Shown: positions 1 through 10,359, counted from the first letter of the stretch. The stretch is DNA of 62,213 nt from Alphaproteobacteria bacterium (GCA_022450705.1 JAKUPP010000002.1:1-62213); one strand, 5' to 3'. Numbers and translations: made by a program. Notes: a model not told the origin generated them from the letters alone.

Positions 1-1
1 A

Positions 2-862
2 ACAACACTAATTGGATTTGGCTTAATTGGTTCTTCCATAGCAAGAGCATTGAAGAAAAAAAAGGTTACTAAAAAAATTTGTATTTTTTCTAGAACGGAA
101 AGAACAATTAATAAAGCAAAGAAACTTAAATTAGGAAATTTTTATACAAATGATTTAGAAAAAAGCGTTGAAGGAAGTGATTTAATTATTATTTGCACAC
201 CTCTTTCCACATATAAAAATATTTTAGATAAAATATCAAATCATATAATGCCGAATACAATATTGACAGATGTAGGTTCTGCTAAATTAAATGCTGTTAA
301 AATATTTTCTAAACTTAAAAATGTTAAATTTAATATATTGCCAGCCCACCCAATAGCAGGGACAGAAAAGTCAGGTCCTGAGTCAGGTTTTGCTGAATTA
401 TTTAACAAACGATGGTGTGTTATAACCCCAATGGGTAAAAACAACAAACAATCATTAAATAAATTGAAGAAATTATGGAATACTTTTGGATCTAAAGTTC
501 AAATAATGAATGCAAATAATCATGATAAAATTCTTGCAATAACATCTCATATGCCCCATTTAATTTCTTACGCAATTGTTTCCTCTTCATTAAAGGCCAA
601 TGCGAAAGAAAAATCTCAAATAATTAAATTTTCTGCAGGAGGTTTTAGAGATTTTACAAGAATTGCTGCTTCTGATCCAACTATGTGGAGGGATATTTTT
701 ATAGATAATAAAAGAAATTTGCTTAAAATAGTTGTTGAATTTGAAAAGTCACTTAATTTGATAAAACAATATATCAAAAAAAATAAATCTGACAAACTCC
801 AAGAAGTCTTTATCAAAACAAAAAAAATTAGAAAATTAATTGAAAAAGAGAAACAAGAATAA
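2..862 (+). CDS. tyrC: Prephenate/arogenate (cyclohexadienyl) dehydrogenase, 5' end cut by window edge
   Basis: Frame is open from nt 2 (TTLIGFGLIGSSIARALKK = Rossmann GxGxxG) upstream of the listed TTG at 50. HPIAGTEKSGP block and C-terminal helical domain are typical of TyrA-family dehydrogenases. Confidence 0.85.
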   Translation, partial: TTLIGFGLIGSSIARALKKKKVTKKICIFSRTERTINKAKKLKLGNFYTNDLEKSVEGSDLIIICTPLSTYKNILDKISNHIMPNTILTDVGSAKLNAVKIFSKLKNVKFNILPAHPIAGTEKSGPESGFAELFNKRWCVITPMGKNNKQSLNKLKKLWNTFGSKVQIMNANNHDKILAITSHMPHLISYAIVSSSLKANAKEKSQIIKFSAGGFRDFTRIAASDPTMWRDIFIDNKRNLLKIVVEFEKSLNLIKQYIKKNKSDKLQEVFIKTKKIRKLIEKEKQE

Positions 863-866
863 TTTT

Positions 867-1553
867 CTATAATATTTTTTCTAATTTTTTCCTAAATTCA
901 CCAGGGCTTAAACCGGGATGTATCGGTTTTAAAAAATTTACCTTTATTTTTCCTGGATATTTTAAAAATTTATTTCTTCCCCAATATTTTCCTGAATCTA
1001 ATTTTACAGGCACGACTTTCATATTTAGATGTTTATACAGTATAACTACGCCTGATTGTATTTTATTTTTTGAATTGGGTAGAGTTCGAGTTCCGTGCGG
1101 AAAAATCAACACAGTTCTATTATCAAGAACAGCTTTTTTTGTTTTACTTATTATTTTTTTTAAACTATTAGCACCTTTATTTCTAGTAATAATGACCATC
1201 CCTAATTTTAATAAGTGCCAACCAAAAAAAGGGATAAATAAAAGAGATCTTTTATGGAATATAATACAATCTCCAATTAGATAGGGGAGAATAATTGTAT
1301 CCCAAGCAGATTGGTGTTGGCACGCATATATAACATTGTTTAAGCCATTCTTTTTTAATCCTTTAGTTTCATAATTAAGTTTGGTTACTATATTTAGAAT
1401 TTTATTTGTTACTTTAATCCAAAGAAACCATACTTTTACATTATATTTTCTACTAAAAAAGAATACTGGGAAAGAAAAAAAAGCTATTAACAAAGTCCAA
1501 ATATAAAATAAAATATTAAATATTAATGATCTTAGAAAAATTATCATTTTCAA
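867..1553 (-). CDS. plsC: 1-acyl-sn-glycerol-3-phosphate acyltransferase
   Basis: N-terminal TM helix, acyltransferase HX4D block (HQSAWD) and FPHGTR block. Confidence 0.85.
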   Translation of the reverse strand: MKMIIFLRSLIFNILFYIWTLLIAFFSFPVFFFSRKYNVKVWFLWIKVTNKILNIVTKLNYETKGLKKNGLNNVIYACQHQSAWDTIILPYLIGDCIIFHKRSLLFIPFFGWHLLKLGMVIITRNKGANSLKKIISKTKKAVLDNRTVLIFPHGTRTLPNSKNKIQSGVVILYKHLNMKVVPVKLDSGKYWGRNKFLKYPGKIKVNFLKPIHPGLSPGEFRKKLEKIL

Positions 1554-1619
1554 AACTAAAATTTTAAATTACGTTTAATATACATTAAATAAAAAAATTT
1601 TATTTTAAAAAATATTAGA

Positions 1620-2303
1620 ATGATTATTACTTGTCCAAACTGCAATACAAAATATTCCATAAACAAAACTATTTTAGGAACTGATGGAAAAAAAGTTAAA
1701 TGTTTTGATTGTGGACATGAATGGAGTCAAACATTAGATACTAAAGAAAAAAGTTTAGAAACTAAATTGTCAAAAGAAAAAAAAATTGCAAATAATGTTC
1801 ATAAAGAAGAAACGGATCTTAAAAGATTATTTTCTTCAGAGATTCCAAAAAAGAAAAGCTACAAATTTTTATACCTGATTATAGCTACCATTTTAATTTT
1901 ATTTATTTATTTAAATTCAAAATATTTTGATTATAAAATTAAGGATTATTTTTTTAAATTTTATAAACCAGAATTTTTAATTAACAAAAATAACAAAGAT
2001 TCTTTTGATTTAATATTCAACCAAATAGAAAAAGAAGTAAGTATTTTAAACAACAATCAAAAAGTTATTAAAATTTACGGAAAAATTAGTAATACATCAA
2101 ATATGAAGAAGCATAAAATTCCTAAACTTCAAGCAACTTTGTTAGATAGTAAAAATAATATTATAGCAAGCTGGTTTTTTTCTGCCGAAAAAGAAAATTT
2201 AGATCCACAAGAAAGTATAAATTTTAATACTAGTTATATTAATGATAAACAAGATATTTCAGATATTAAAATTGAATTTTATAAAGAGAAAATAAATGAA
2301 TAA
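1620..2303 (+). CDS. MJ0042-type zinc-ribbon membrane protein (DUF3426-like C-terminus)
   Basis: N-terminal CPNC...CFDC zinc ribbon, one central TM helix, C-terminal beta-rich region. 8-nt overlap with the next gene. Confidence 0.6.
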   Translation: MIITCPNCNTKYSINKTILGTDGKKVKCFDCGHEWSQTLDTKEKSLETKLSKEKKIANNVHKEETDLKRLFSSEIPKKKSYKFLYLIIATILILFIYLNSKYFDYKIKDYFFKFYKPEFLINKNNKDSFDLIFNQIEKEVSILNNNQKVIKIYGKISNTSNMKKHKIPKLQATLLDSKNNIIASWFFSAEKENLDPQESINFNTSYINDKQDISDIKIEFYKEKINE

Positions 2304-3345
2304 AACTGGAAAAACAGCAGTAGTATCAATATATCCAGGAATAGGCGATATTATATGGCATCTACCTTTTTTTAGAGCTTTAGCAGAAAAATCAGAAAAA
2401 AAAAAAATATATTTATTTACAAGACAAACTACTTTAGCTAAAGAAATTTTAGAATATGAAGAAACAATTGCTAAGGTTTATTATTTAAACGAGACTAGAA
2501 AATTTTTAAACACAATTCATAATTTTCCTAAATTACTAAAAACTTTAAAAAGAGAAAAATTTCAAACAATTTGGATCTTTCATAGAAGCCCTAGATACGC
2601 TATTGTCGCAAAATTAGCAAAAATAAAGAATATTTACGGATTTGGTTTGGGAGCACAAAAAATTTGGCTGACATCTAAAAAAAATATAGGAGAGGGTTCA
2701 AGAAAAAAAGATAACATTTATAAAGCAAAAAAATTTTTAGATGTAAATGGAGTTAGTTACAAAAAAAATTTTAAACTAAAGCTTCCAAACTTTATTGTAA
2801 ATAAAGAATTAAAAAAATTTAGAAAATTCTCTAAACCCTGGATTACAATCGGTTTTTCCTGTAATAAAACAGCATTCATGAAAAATAATTTGCCTTATTC
2901 ATTTTATAGAACTTGGAGACCAGAATATTTTTCTGATTTAATTAATTTACTTTTTAGAAAAAATAAAAAAAAAAATATTTTTTTAATAGGGGCTGAGAAT
3001 GAGATTAGTTTAGCTAAAAAAATTAAAAATAAATGTGTTTCTCCAAATAATGTAATAATTTCATGTAATCCTATAATAACAAATTTAGCTATTTTGACAA
3101 AAAGCAGGTTTTTTATAGGTAATGACTCAGGCCCTTTAAATTTATCAGGTGCAATGGGAATTAGATCATTTGGTTTATTTGGAGCCTCTCCTCCTTTAAA
3201 GAATGTAAGTAATATTCACGCTTTAGTTCCTCCCAGAGGACCTGTGGATCCTCATAAATATGGTTTTAATCCAATATCTTTGGAAGAAGGTATGGATTTG
3301 ATAAAACCCAAATATGTATATAACAAAGTAAAAAGATTTATTTAA
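2296..3345 (+). CDS. Glycosyltransferase family 9 (heptosyltransferase-like)
   Basis: 349 aa, C-terminal GNDSGPLNLSGAMG motif characteristic of GT9 ADP-heptose:LPS heptosyltransferase-type enzymes. Confidence 0.7.
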   Translation: MNKTGKTAVVSIYPGIGDIIWHLPFFRALAEKSEKKKIYLFTRQTTLAKEILEYEETIAKVYYLNETRKFLNTIHNFPKLLKTLKREKFQTIWIFHRSPRYAIVAKLAKIKNIYGFGLGAQKIWLTSKKNIGEGSRKKDNIYKAKKFLDVNGVSYKKNFKLKLPNFIVNKELKKFRKFSKPWITIGFSCNKTAFMKNNLPYSFYRTWRPEYFSDLINLLFRKNKKKNIFLIGAENEISLAKKIKNKCVSPNNVIISCNPIITNLAILTKSRFFIGNDSGPLNLSGAMGIRSFGLFGASPPLKNVSNIHALVPPRGPVDPHKYGFNPISLEEGMDLIKPKYVYNKVKRFI

Positions 3346-4603
3346 TTTTGGAAACCCAAGAAGGTATTTTTTCTCTTGATATTTGATTAAGAACAGTGTC
3401 CTCCGTTCTAATTATTGAGAAATTTTTTTTGTGAATAATTAATTCCATTATTATCGGCCTAGAATTATATGATGATGACATAGACGCGCCATACGCGCCT
3501 ACATTTTTAAAAAAAAGAATTTCACCTGTATTCAGTCGATTCAATAGTTTATTTTTTGCAAAAGTATCTGCGGTTTCGCATATTGGCCCAACAATAGTAT
3601 ATAAACTCTTTCTACCTATACCTTTTTTAATACTTTGAATATCATGGTAAGCATCATATAAAGCTGGACGCAGCAAATCATTCATTCCGGTATCAATTAT
3701 TGCAAAAGTTTTTTTTTTATTCTTTTTAATAAACAAAACTCTAGTTACTAATATCCCAGACTCTGCAACTAAAATCCTTCCTGGTTCTAATATCAACTTA
3801 CAACCAAGATCATTTGATATATCTGAAATTATTTTTGCATAACTATTAAAATTTATAATTTTTTCATCTTTATAATTAATACCAATTCCACCACCTAGAT
3901 CTAAAAACTTAATTATTTTTTCATTTTTATTAATTTTTTTAATAAAATTTTTTATTTTTAAGAATGCTTTTTTAAATGGGCTTAGAGACATTATTTGAGA
4001 GCCAATATGAACAGACAACCCAACAATATCTAAATTTGGGTTAGATCTATAATTTAAAAAAATTTTTTTTGCTGTTTCAATATTTAAACCAAATTTATCT
4101 TCTTCTCTACCTGTTGAGATCTTAGTATGTGTTTTAGCATCAATATTTGGATTTATCCTAATACCAATTTGAACCTTTTTTCTTAAATTTTTTGCAATTT
4201 TTGTAATTAATTCAAGCTCTTCTATAGATTCAATATTTATTTGCAAAATATTTTTTTCTATAGCAAATTTTATTTCACTAAATTTTTTTCCAACACCTGA
4301 AAAAACTATTTTTTTTGCTTTTATTCCTGCTTTTAAGGCTCTTCTCAATTCTCCTACTGAAACAACTTCTGCACCTGCTCCCAAATTGGATAATATTTTT
4401 AGTATTGCAATATTTGGGTTTGCTTTTACAGCATAACAAATAATTGTATCTGAATTTCTAAATGGCGATTCAAATTTTTTAAATTTATTAATTATTGCAT
4501 TAGATGAATAACAATAAAAAGGCGTTGCAAATTTTCCTGCCAGCTTTTTTATTGATATATCTTCAACAAATAAATCATTTTTTTTTAATTTAAAATTATT
4601 CAC
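3338..4603 (-). CDS. lysA: Diaminopimelate decarboxylase
   Basis: YAVKANPN PLP-lysine motif, GGGIGINY and EPGR blocks. GTG start at 4601-4603. Confidence 0.93.
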   Translation of the reverse strand: MNNFKLKKNDLFVEDISIKKLAGKFATPFYCYSSNAIINKFKKFESPFRNSDTIICYAVKANPNIAILKILSNLGAGAEVVSVGELRRALKAGIKAKKIVFSGVGKKFSEIKFAIEKNILQINIESIEELELITKIAKNLRKKVQIGIRINPNIDAKTHTKISTGREEDKFGLNIETAKKIFLNYRSNPNLDIVGLSVHIGSQIMSLSPFKKAFLKIKNFIKKINKNEKIIKFLDLGGGIGINYKDEKIINFNSYAKIISDISNDLGCKLILEPGRILVAESGILVTRVLFIKKNKKKTFAIIDTGMNDLLRPALYDAYHDIQSIKKGIGRKSLYTIVGPICETADTFAKNKLLNRLNTGEILFFKNVGAYGASMSSSYNSRPIIMELIIHKKNFSIIRTEDTVLNQISREKIPSWVSKIK

Positions 4604-4718
4604 TTGGATATTCCTTTGGATACTCTTTTTCTGGTTTTTCTAAATCACCTTTTTTACCACAACTAGTAAAAGTAATTAAAAATACAAAAAGATAAATAAT
4701 GTAATGAAAATTTTTCAC
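4596..4718 (-). CDS. Small lipoprotein, LptM/LppL(YifL)-like (40 aa), not in ORF track
   Basis: My translation of the minus strand: V/M-KNFHYIIYLFVFLITFTSCGKKGDLEKPEKEYPKEYPSE-stop. Signal peptide plus lipobox Cys followed by GxKGxL, as in E. coli YifL/LptM (CGLKGPL). Stop overlaps the lysA GTG start (GTGAATAA). An lppL-lysA adjacency is known in Pseudomonas. Confidence 0.55.
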   Translation of the reverse strand: MKNFHYIIYLFVFLITFTSCGKKGDLEKPEKEYPKEYPSE

Positions 4719-4728
4719 AATTAAAAAA

Positions 4729-6126
4729 TTAATAAAGCTCTCTTTTAGCGATTTGGATATTTTTTTTAACTTCTTTTGGAGAAGTGCTTCCTGAACTTTG
4801 TTTATAATTTATAGAATTATCTATTTTTAAAAATTTTTTAATTTTTTTTCCTGAATCATTACCAGCTATATTTAGTTCAATAGTAGTTAAATCGTTTATT
4901 TGGCAATTCTTTTTATTAGCAATACTAATAATTCCCGCAATCATTTTATAAGCTTTTCTAAAGGGTAGATTGTAATTTATAACTAGCCAATCTGCCAAAT
5001 CTGTTGCCATTAAATTATTTTTATTACATGCTTTCAACATTTCTTTTTTGTTAATTTTAATTCCTTTAATAATTCCATTTGATACTTCTAACGCTAATAC
5101 TAAATTATCATAACTATCAAAAACAGGCTCCTTATCTTCTTGCAGATCTTTACTATAAGTTAATGGCAAACCTTTAATTGTTGTTAAAAGACTAAAAAAA
5201 TTTCCTGAAAACCTTCCCATTTTACCCCTAATTAGTTCTGCGGAGTCAGGATTTTTCTTTTGTGGCATAATTGAACTACCTGTTGAAAAATCATCTGATA
5301 AATTAACAAATTTAAATTGATCGCTTGCCCAAATTGTTATGTCTTCACCAAATCTTGATAAATGTGAACCGCAAATAGCTATGTTAGATAAAAATTCTAA
5401 AGCATAATCTCTATCAGATACACTATCCATAGAATTAGAGGTTGGTTTTTTAAAACCAAGTTTTTTAGATGTAAAACCTCTATCAATATTGAAAGATGTT
5501 CCAGCCAATGCTGCTGAACCTAATGGACATTCATTCATTCTATTAATGCTATCTAGAAATCTACCTTTATCTCTTTTTAACATTTCATAATAAGCCATTA
5601 AATGATGCGCAAGACTAACTATTTGCGCAGATTGCAAGTGGGTAAAACCAGGCATAATTGTTTTAATATGCAAACTTGATTTTTTAACAATAGTTTTTTG
5701 CAAATCAGTGATTTTTGAACATATTTCTTTTGTAGCTTGAATAATCCATAATTTAAAGTCTGTTACTACCTGATCATTTCTTGATCTTGCTGTATGGAGT
5801 TTTTCCGCAGCCTCTCCAATTAAATTATGTAATTCCATTTCTATATTCATATGAATATCTTCGTATTTTTTATTAAATTCAAATTTATTATTAAGAATTA
5901 AAGCTTTAATTTTTTTTAATCCTTTAAGTATTAATTTATATTCTGAAGATGAAATTATCCTTTTTTTTTGTAGCATTAAAGAATGTACCTCAGATACTTT
6001 TATATCTTGTAAAGCCAATCTTTTGTCGAAATCAATAGAAGAATTGATTTTTTCTAACAAAGGATTACTTTGTTTATTAAAATTACTACCCCATATAGGG
6101 TTTATATTTTTTTTATTTTTTTTCAT
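4729..6126 (-). CDS. argH: Argininosuccinate lyase
   Basis: TARSRNDQV and GSSIMPQKKNPD fumarate-lyase signature. 465 aa. Confidence 0.95.
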   Translation of the reverse strand: MKKNKKNINPIWGSNFNKQSNPLLEKINSSIDFDKRLALQDIKVSEVHSLMLQKKRIISSSEYKLILKGLKKIKALILNNKFEFNKKYEDIHMNIEMELHNLIGEAAEKLHTARSRNDQVVTDFKLWIIQATKEICSKITDLQKTIVKKSSLHIKTIMPGFTHLQSAQIVSLAHHLMAYYEMLKRDKGRFLDSINRMNECPLGSAALAGTSFNIDRGFTSKKLGFKKPTSNSMDSVSDRDYALEFLSNIAICGSHLSRFGEDITIWASDQFKFVNLSDDFSTGSSIMPQKKNPDSAELIRGKMGRFSGNFFSLLTTIKGLPLTYSKDLQEDKEPVFDSYDNLVLALEVSNGIIKGIKINKKEMLKACNKNNLMATDLADWLVINYNLPFRKAYKMIAGIISIANKKNCQINDLTTIELNIAGNDSGKKIKKFLKIDNSINYKQSSGSTSPKEVKKNIQIAKRELY

Positions 6127-6177
6127 TATTTTTTGTTCATTAGATAATATACTTTTTTTAGGTTAAAAGCTTTTTCT

Positions 6178-6729
6178 ATGAAATTTTTTATATTTATATT
6201 GATCATATTAACATCACTATCTTTTAAGTCTTACAATAATAAAGATAACGATTTAATAAGTGAATTTTTAAAAAATGAACTAGAAGATTTTGAGCTTAGT
6301 AAGGAAAAAAAAAATATATCTAATTTAACATTTAAAGATCACAAAGAAAAAGAAATTTCATTCTCAGATTTTAAAGGAAAAATTTTGTTAGTTAATTTTT
6401 GGGCAACTTGGTGTGCTCCTTGTATTAAAGAAATGCCTTCTTTAGATAGACTTGAATCAAAAATAAATGGGGATTTTGACGTTATAGCAATATCTGTAGA
6501 TAGAGATGGAGTAGAGAAAGTAACTGATTTTTTTGATGAAAATAAAATTAGTAATTTAGAGAAATTTTTTGATATAAAAAATTCTTTAGCAAAAGAAATG
6601 AATTTATATGGAGTACCAACAAGCTTTTTTGTAAATAAGGAAGGAGATTTAATTGGATATTATCAAGGTGACATGGAATGGGACAATGACACAGTAATTA
6701 ATTTCATAAATTACTTAATTAAGATTTAA
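6178..6729 (+). CDS. tlpA: Periplasmic thiol:disulfide oxidoreductase, TlpA/ResA-like thioredoxin
   Basis: Signal/anchor helix, WATWCAPC active site, thioredoxin fold length. Confidence 0.75.
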   Translation: MKFFIFILIILTSLSFKSYNNKDNDLISEFLKNELEDFELSKEKKNISNLTFKDHKEKEISFSDFKGKILLVNFWATWCAPCIKEMPSLDRLESKINGDFDVIAISVDRDGVEKVTDFFDENKISNLEKFFDIKNSLAKEMNLYGVPTSFFVNKEGDLIGYYQGDMEWDNDTVINFINYLIKI

Positions 6730-7663
6730 TTTTATCTAATTCTTTTGATAATTCCGGTAATATTTTAAATAAGTCACCAACAATACCATAATCTGCCACT
6801 TGGAAAATAGGCGCTTCCTCATCTTTATTTATTGCAACAATAATTTTACTATCTTTCATTCCAGCTAAATGTTGTATTGCTCCTGATATTCCTACAGCAA
6901 TATATAATTCCGGTGCAACTACCTTACCAGTTTGGCCGACTTGATAATCATTTGGTACAAATCCAGCATCAACAGCTGCTCTAGATGCACCAACAGCTGC
7001 TTTTAATTTATCAGCGATTTCTTCTAGCAAACTAAAGTTCTTACCACTTTCCATACCTCTTCCTCCAGAAATAATAATACCTGCAGAGGTTAATTCAGGT
7101 CTATCAGATTTATTTAATTCATTTTTAACAAACTTAGATAATCCAGGATCATCTTTTTTTTCAATCTTTGTAATTTTTCCGTTTCCCCCACTTATTTTTG
7201 TGGCTTCAAAATTTGTTGTTCTAACTGTTATTATTTTTTTACTATCTGTTGATTGTAATTTTAAATTTGCATTTCCAGCGTAGATTGGTCTTACAAAAGT
7301 ATCATTACTTTCAATAGAAATGATATCTGAAATTTGCGCCACATCTAATAGTGCAGCAACTCTTGGCATTATATTTTTTCCAAAAGTAGATGAAGGAGCA
7401 AGTATATGAGAATATTTATTTGATAGTTCAAAAATTACAGGAGAAATATTTTCTGCTACATGATTTTTAAAAATAGAATTATCAGCAATAAAAACTTCTT
7501 CTATACCTTCACATTTACTTATTTGTTCTCCGACTTTTGAGCAATTTTCTCCTAAGACAATTGCATGTACAGATTTATCAATTTTTTTTGCAGCAGTTAT
7601 AGTGTTAAGTGAAGATGCTTTTATATTTTGATTATCATGTTCTATAAGAACTAATACACTCAT
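6719..7663 (-). CDS. etfA: Electron transfer flavoprotein alpha subunit
   Basis: C-terminal FAD-binding block [37 protein letters not shown]. Confidence 0.93.
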   Translation of the reverse strand: MSVLVLIEHDNQNIKASSLNTITAAKKIDKSVHAIVLGENCSKVGEQISKCEGIEEVFIADNSIFKNHVAENISPVIFELSNKYSHILAPSSTFGKNIMPRVAALLDVAQISDIISIESNDTFVRPIYAGNANLKLQSTDSKKIITVRTTNFEATKISGGNGKITKIEKKDDPGLSKFVKNELNKSDRPELTSAGIIISGGRGMESGKNFSLLEEIADKLKAAVGASRAAVDAGFVPNDYQVGQTGKVVAPELYIAVGISGAIQHLAGMKDSKIIVAINKDEEAPIFQVADYGIVGDLFKILPELSKELDKIKS

Positions 7664-7664
7664 T

Positions 7665-8414
7665 TTATATTACCTTTTCCTCATCATGCAGTTTAGACAC
7701 AAGCTCTTGAACACTGTCTATTTTTATACCAGATTCCTTTTTAGGTGGTTCAGTAACTTTTAATGTTTTTAATCTTTGTTTTATTTCTATATTCAAGTCA
7801 CCAGGAGATATTTTTTCTATAGGCTTTTGTTTTGCTTTCATAATGTTTGGTAAAGAGGCATATCTTGGTTCATTTAATCTTAAATCTGTTGTAACAATAG
7901 CCGGTAATTCCATATTAAGAGTTTCTAAACCCCCATCTATTTCTCTTGTTACATTTATTTTTTTTTCATTTATTTCTAATTTTGATGCAAAAGTTCCTTG
8001 TGGCCAACCAAGTAAAGCAGATAACATTTGACCAGTTTGGTTAGAGTCATCATCAATAGCTTGTTTTCCCATCAATACTAAATCAGGACTATTTTTGTTT
8101 ATAATTTCCTTCAAAATCTTAGCAACTTCTAATGGCTGAACATTTTCTTCAGTTTCAACCAAAATTCCTTTATCTGCACCAACAGCAAGAGCAGTTCTCA
8201 AAGTTTCCTCCGATTTTGCAGAACCTATAGATATAGCCGTTATTTCGTTGCAGATTTTTTTTTCTTTTAATCTTACAGCTTCTTCAACAGCAATTTCGTC
8301 AAATGGATTCATTGACATTTTAACATTTTCCAAGTCAACACCTGAATTATCGCTCTTTACTTTAATTTTTACGTTATAGTCTACAACTCTTTTTATTGGC
8401 ACTAAAATTTTCAT
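7665..8414 (-). CDS. etfB: Electron transfer flavoprotein beta subunit
   Basis: [14 protein letters not shown]-terminus and [21 protein letters not shown] block. 1-nt gap to etfA. Confidence 0.93.
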   Translation of the reverse strand: MKILVPIKRVVDYNVKIKVKSDNSGVDLENVKMSMNPFDEIAVEEAVRLKEKKICNEITAISIGSAKSEETLRTALAVGADKGILVETEENVQPLEVAKILKEIINKNSPDLVLMGKQAIDDDSNQTGQMLSALLGWPQGTFASKLEINEKKINVTREIDGGLETLNMELPAIVTTDLRLNEPRYASLPNIMKAKQKPIEKISPGDLNIEIKQRLKTLKVTEPPKKESGIKIDSVQELVSKLHDEEKVI

Positions 8415-8461
8415 GATGATAAATATTTACACTCTAAAAATACAATTTCAATTAAAAAAAA

Positions 8462-9826
8462 TTAAACCTTTTTGTTTCTTAAATTAGTTATTGATAAACA
8501 TAAAGCGATGATAAACCAATTCATAGTTGCATTTCTATTTGAAAAAAAACTACCTGTAGACATAAATGGCCAAAATAAAACGAATAAACTTAAAATTGGA
8601 GCATAAATTAAAGGATCAGCTTTTTTATTAATATTTTTAGTAAAATATTGAAACCAAATAAATAACATAGCTACAAAACCTAACAAACCCAAAACTCCAG
8701 TTTCTAACAACCATTGAATATAAAAATTATGTGGATGGGTTGTGCAAAAAAAATATTTTAAATTTTCTTTATATTTTTCTGATTTACATGCATTTGTATA
8801 ATTTTTGATACCAATGCCAAAAAAAGGATGATCTTTCCATATAATTATTGCTTGGCTATAGGTCTCCCAGTAGGCAGTTTTCGAAAAATTTGTAAGTACT
8901 TCATAAAAAAAAGGTTGAGTTTTAAATTTCTTTTTACAAGTTTGATTTTTATCGTTTTCACAAGGCACTTTAACTTGATAAATCGTTCCATTATGCCATG
9001 GATTTTTCTCAACAATTTCTATTTTATTCCAAACCGGATTAAATTTAACTGTAAGAAAAATTAAAAAAAATAAGGAAATTAGAGAAAAAATTATTTTTTT
9101 TCGAAATTTTTTTTCTAGTAAAAAAAGAATTAATAAGCCTAAACCAATGCTGGCAAAAGACATTGCTTCTCCAGTTAAAAATACCAGAAAAAAAGATAAT
9201 GTTATTAGAGGTATAAATAAAAGATTATGATTTTCTGATTTTTTTAATTGTACGATAGCAAATAAGAAAAATATAAAAAAGAATTTAGATAAATAAGCAC
9301 CTGGTATATTGCTTCTAAAAGGCCCCGTTAGTCTAAAATGATCGTTAGAATAATATCCTAAAATATCAGGACCGTAACCTTTAGCTAAATCAAAATGTAA
9401 AAATTGATAGAATGTATCAATAAAAACAAATATAAATGCAACTGTTATAGAATAAAGAATATATTTCAAAAATCTTTTATTTGATAAAATCCAATATTGC
9501 AAAGCTATTGCAAAAATAAAAAAACGTACAAATAAAATTGAATGTTCTAATGCTATTTTTATGTCTAAAGCAAAAAAACTTGCAAATATTAAATAAATCC
9601 ATAAAAAGAATATTCTTCGTATCCATTTCGTTTTTGTCCAAGACCAATCTTTATTTATTAAAGAATTAACTAAAAACAAAATAGAAATTGTGCTTACAAT
9701 TATATCTGAAGGAGCTTGGCCAATAATAATTGCAAATGGAAGCAATATAAGAAAAAAAAGCGAGATTTTTTTTAGACTTAATAAATTCAAATTTATTTCT
9801 TTTTTAAATTTTTTCCAGGTTTCCAA
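8462..9826 (-). CDS. O-antigen ligase/polymerase-like (Wzy_C-type) polytopic membrane protein
   Basis: About 12 predicted TM helices with a large loop in the C-terminal half. Listed start is TTG and overlaps pduO by 34 nt. An in-frame TTG at 9790 would remove the overlap. Confidence 0.45.
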   Translation of the reverse strand: METWKKFKKEINLNLLSLKKISLFFLILLPFAIIIGQAPSDIIVSTISILFLVNSLINKDWSWTKTKWIRRIFFLWIYLIFASFFALDIKIALEHSILFVRFFIFAIALQYWILSNKRFLKYILYSITVAFIFVFIDTFYQFLHFDLAKGYGPDILGYYSNDHFRLTGPFRSNIPGAYLSKFFFIFFLFAIVQLKKSENHNLLFIPLITLSFFLVFLTGEAMSFASIGLGLLILFLLEKKFRKKIIFSLISLFFLIFLTVKFNPVWNKIEIVEKNPWHNGTIYQVKVPCENDKNQTCKKKFKTQPFFYEVLTNFSKTAYWETYSQAIIIWKDHPFFGIGIKNYTNACKSEKYKENLKYFFCTTHPHNFYIQWLLETGVLGLLGFVAMLFIWFQYFTKNINKKADPLIYAPILSLFVLFWPFMSTGSFFSNRNATMNWFIIALCLSITNLRNKKV

Positions 9827-10359
9827 AGAATATCTTTTTTTCCTTTATTATTCGTGTACCTAGCAAGTACAAAAAGCAAGTCGGATAATCTATTTAAATA
9901 TATAATTGCAACAGGATTTATTCTTTCTTTTTTAGAAAGAGCACAAACTTTTCTTTCAGCTCTTCTTGTTACAGTTCGTGCGATATGTAAATAAGTTGAA
10001 GATTCAGAACCACCTGGAAGTATAAATGAACTTAATGGAGCTAATTCTTTATTAAAACTATCAATTTTTTTTTCGATATAATCTACTCTATCTTTTGTTA
10101 TTTTAAGTTTTTGAATTTTTTTTTTATCAGGCATGCATAAATCTGCCCCTAGATCAAATAAATCATTTTGTATTATCTGAAGTATTTTTTTTATTTTTGT
10201 ATTTGTTCTTAGGATTGATAATCCTATAGTTGCATTTGCTTCATCAACAGACCCATACGCATCAACTCTCAATGAATTTTTATCAACTCTTTTACCATCT
10301 CCTAGCTGCGTAGATCCTTTATCACCGGTTCTAGTATATATTTTATTTAATTTAACCAA
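9793..10359 (-). CDS. pduO: ATP:cob(I)alamin adenosyltransferase, PduO type
   Basis: N-terminal IYTRTGDKGST motif and four-helix-bundle length (188 aa). TTG start. Confidence 0.85.
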   Translation of the reverse strand: MVKLNKIYTRTGDKGSTQLGDGKRVDKNSLRVDAYGSVDEANATIGLSILRTNTKIKKILQIIQNDLFDLGADLCMPDKKKIQKLKITKDRVDYIEKKIDSFNKELAPLSSFILPGGSESSTYLHIARTVTRRAERKVCALSKKERINPVAIIYLNRLSDLLFVLARYTNNKGKKDILWKPGKNLKKK

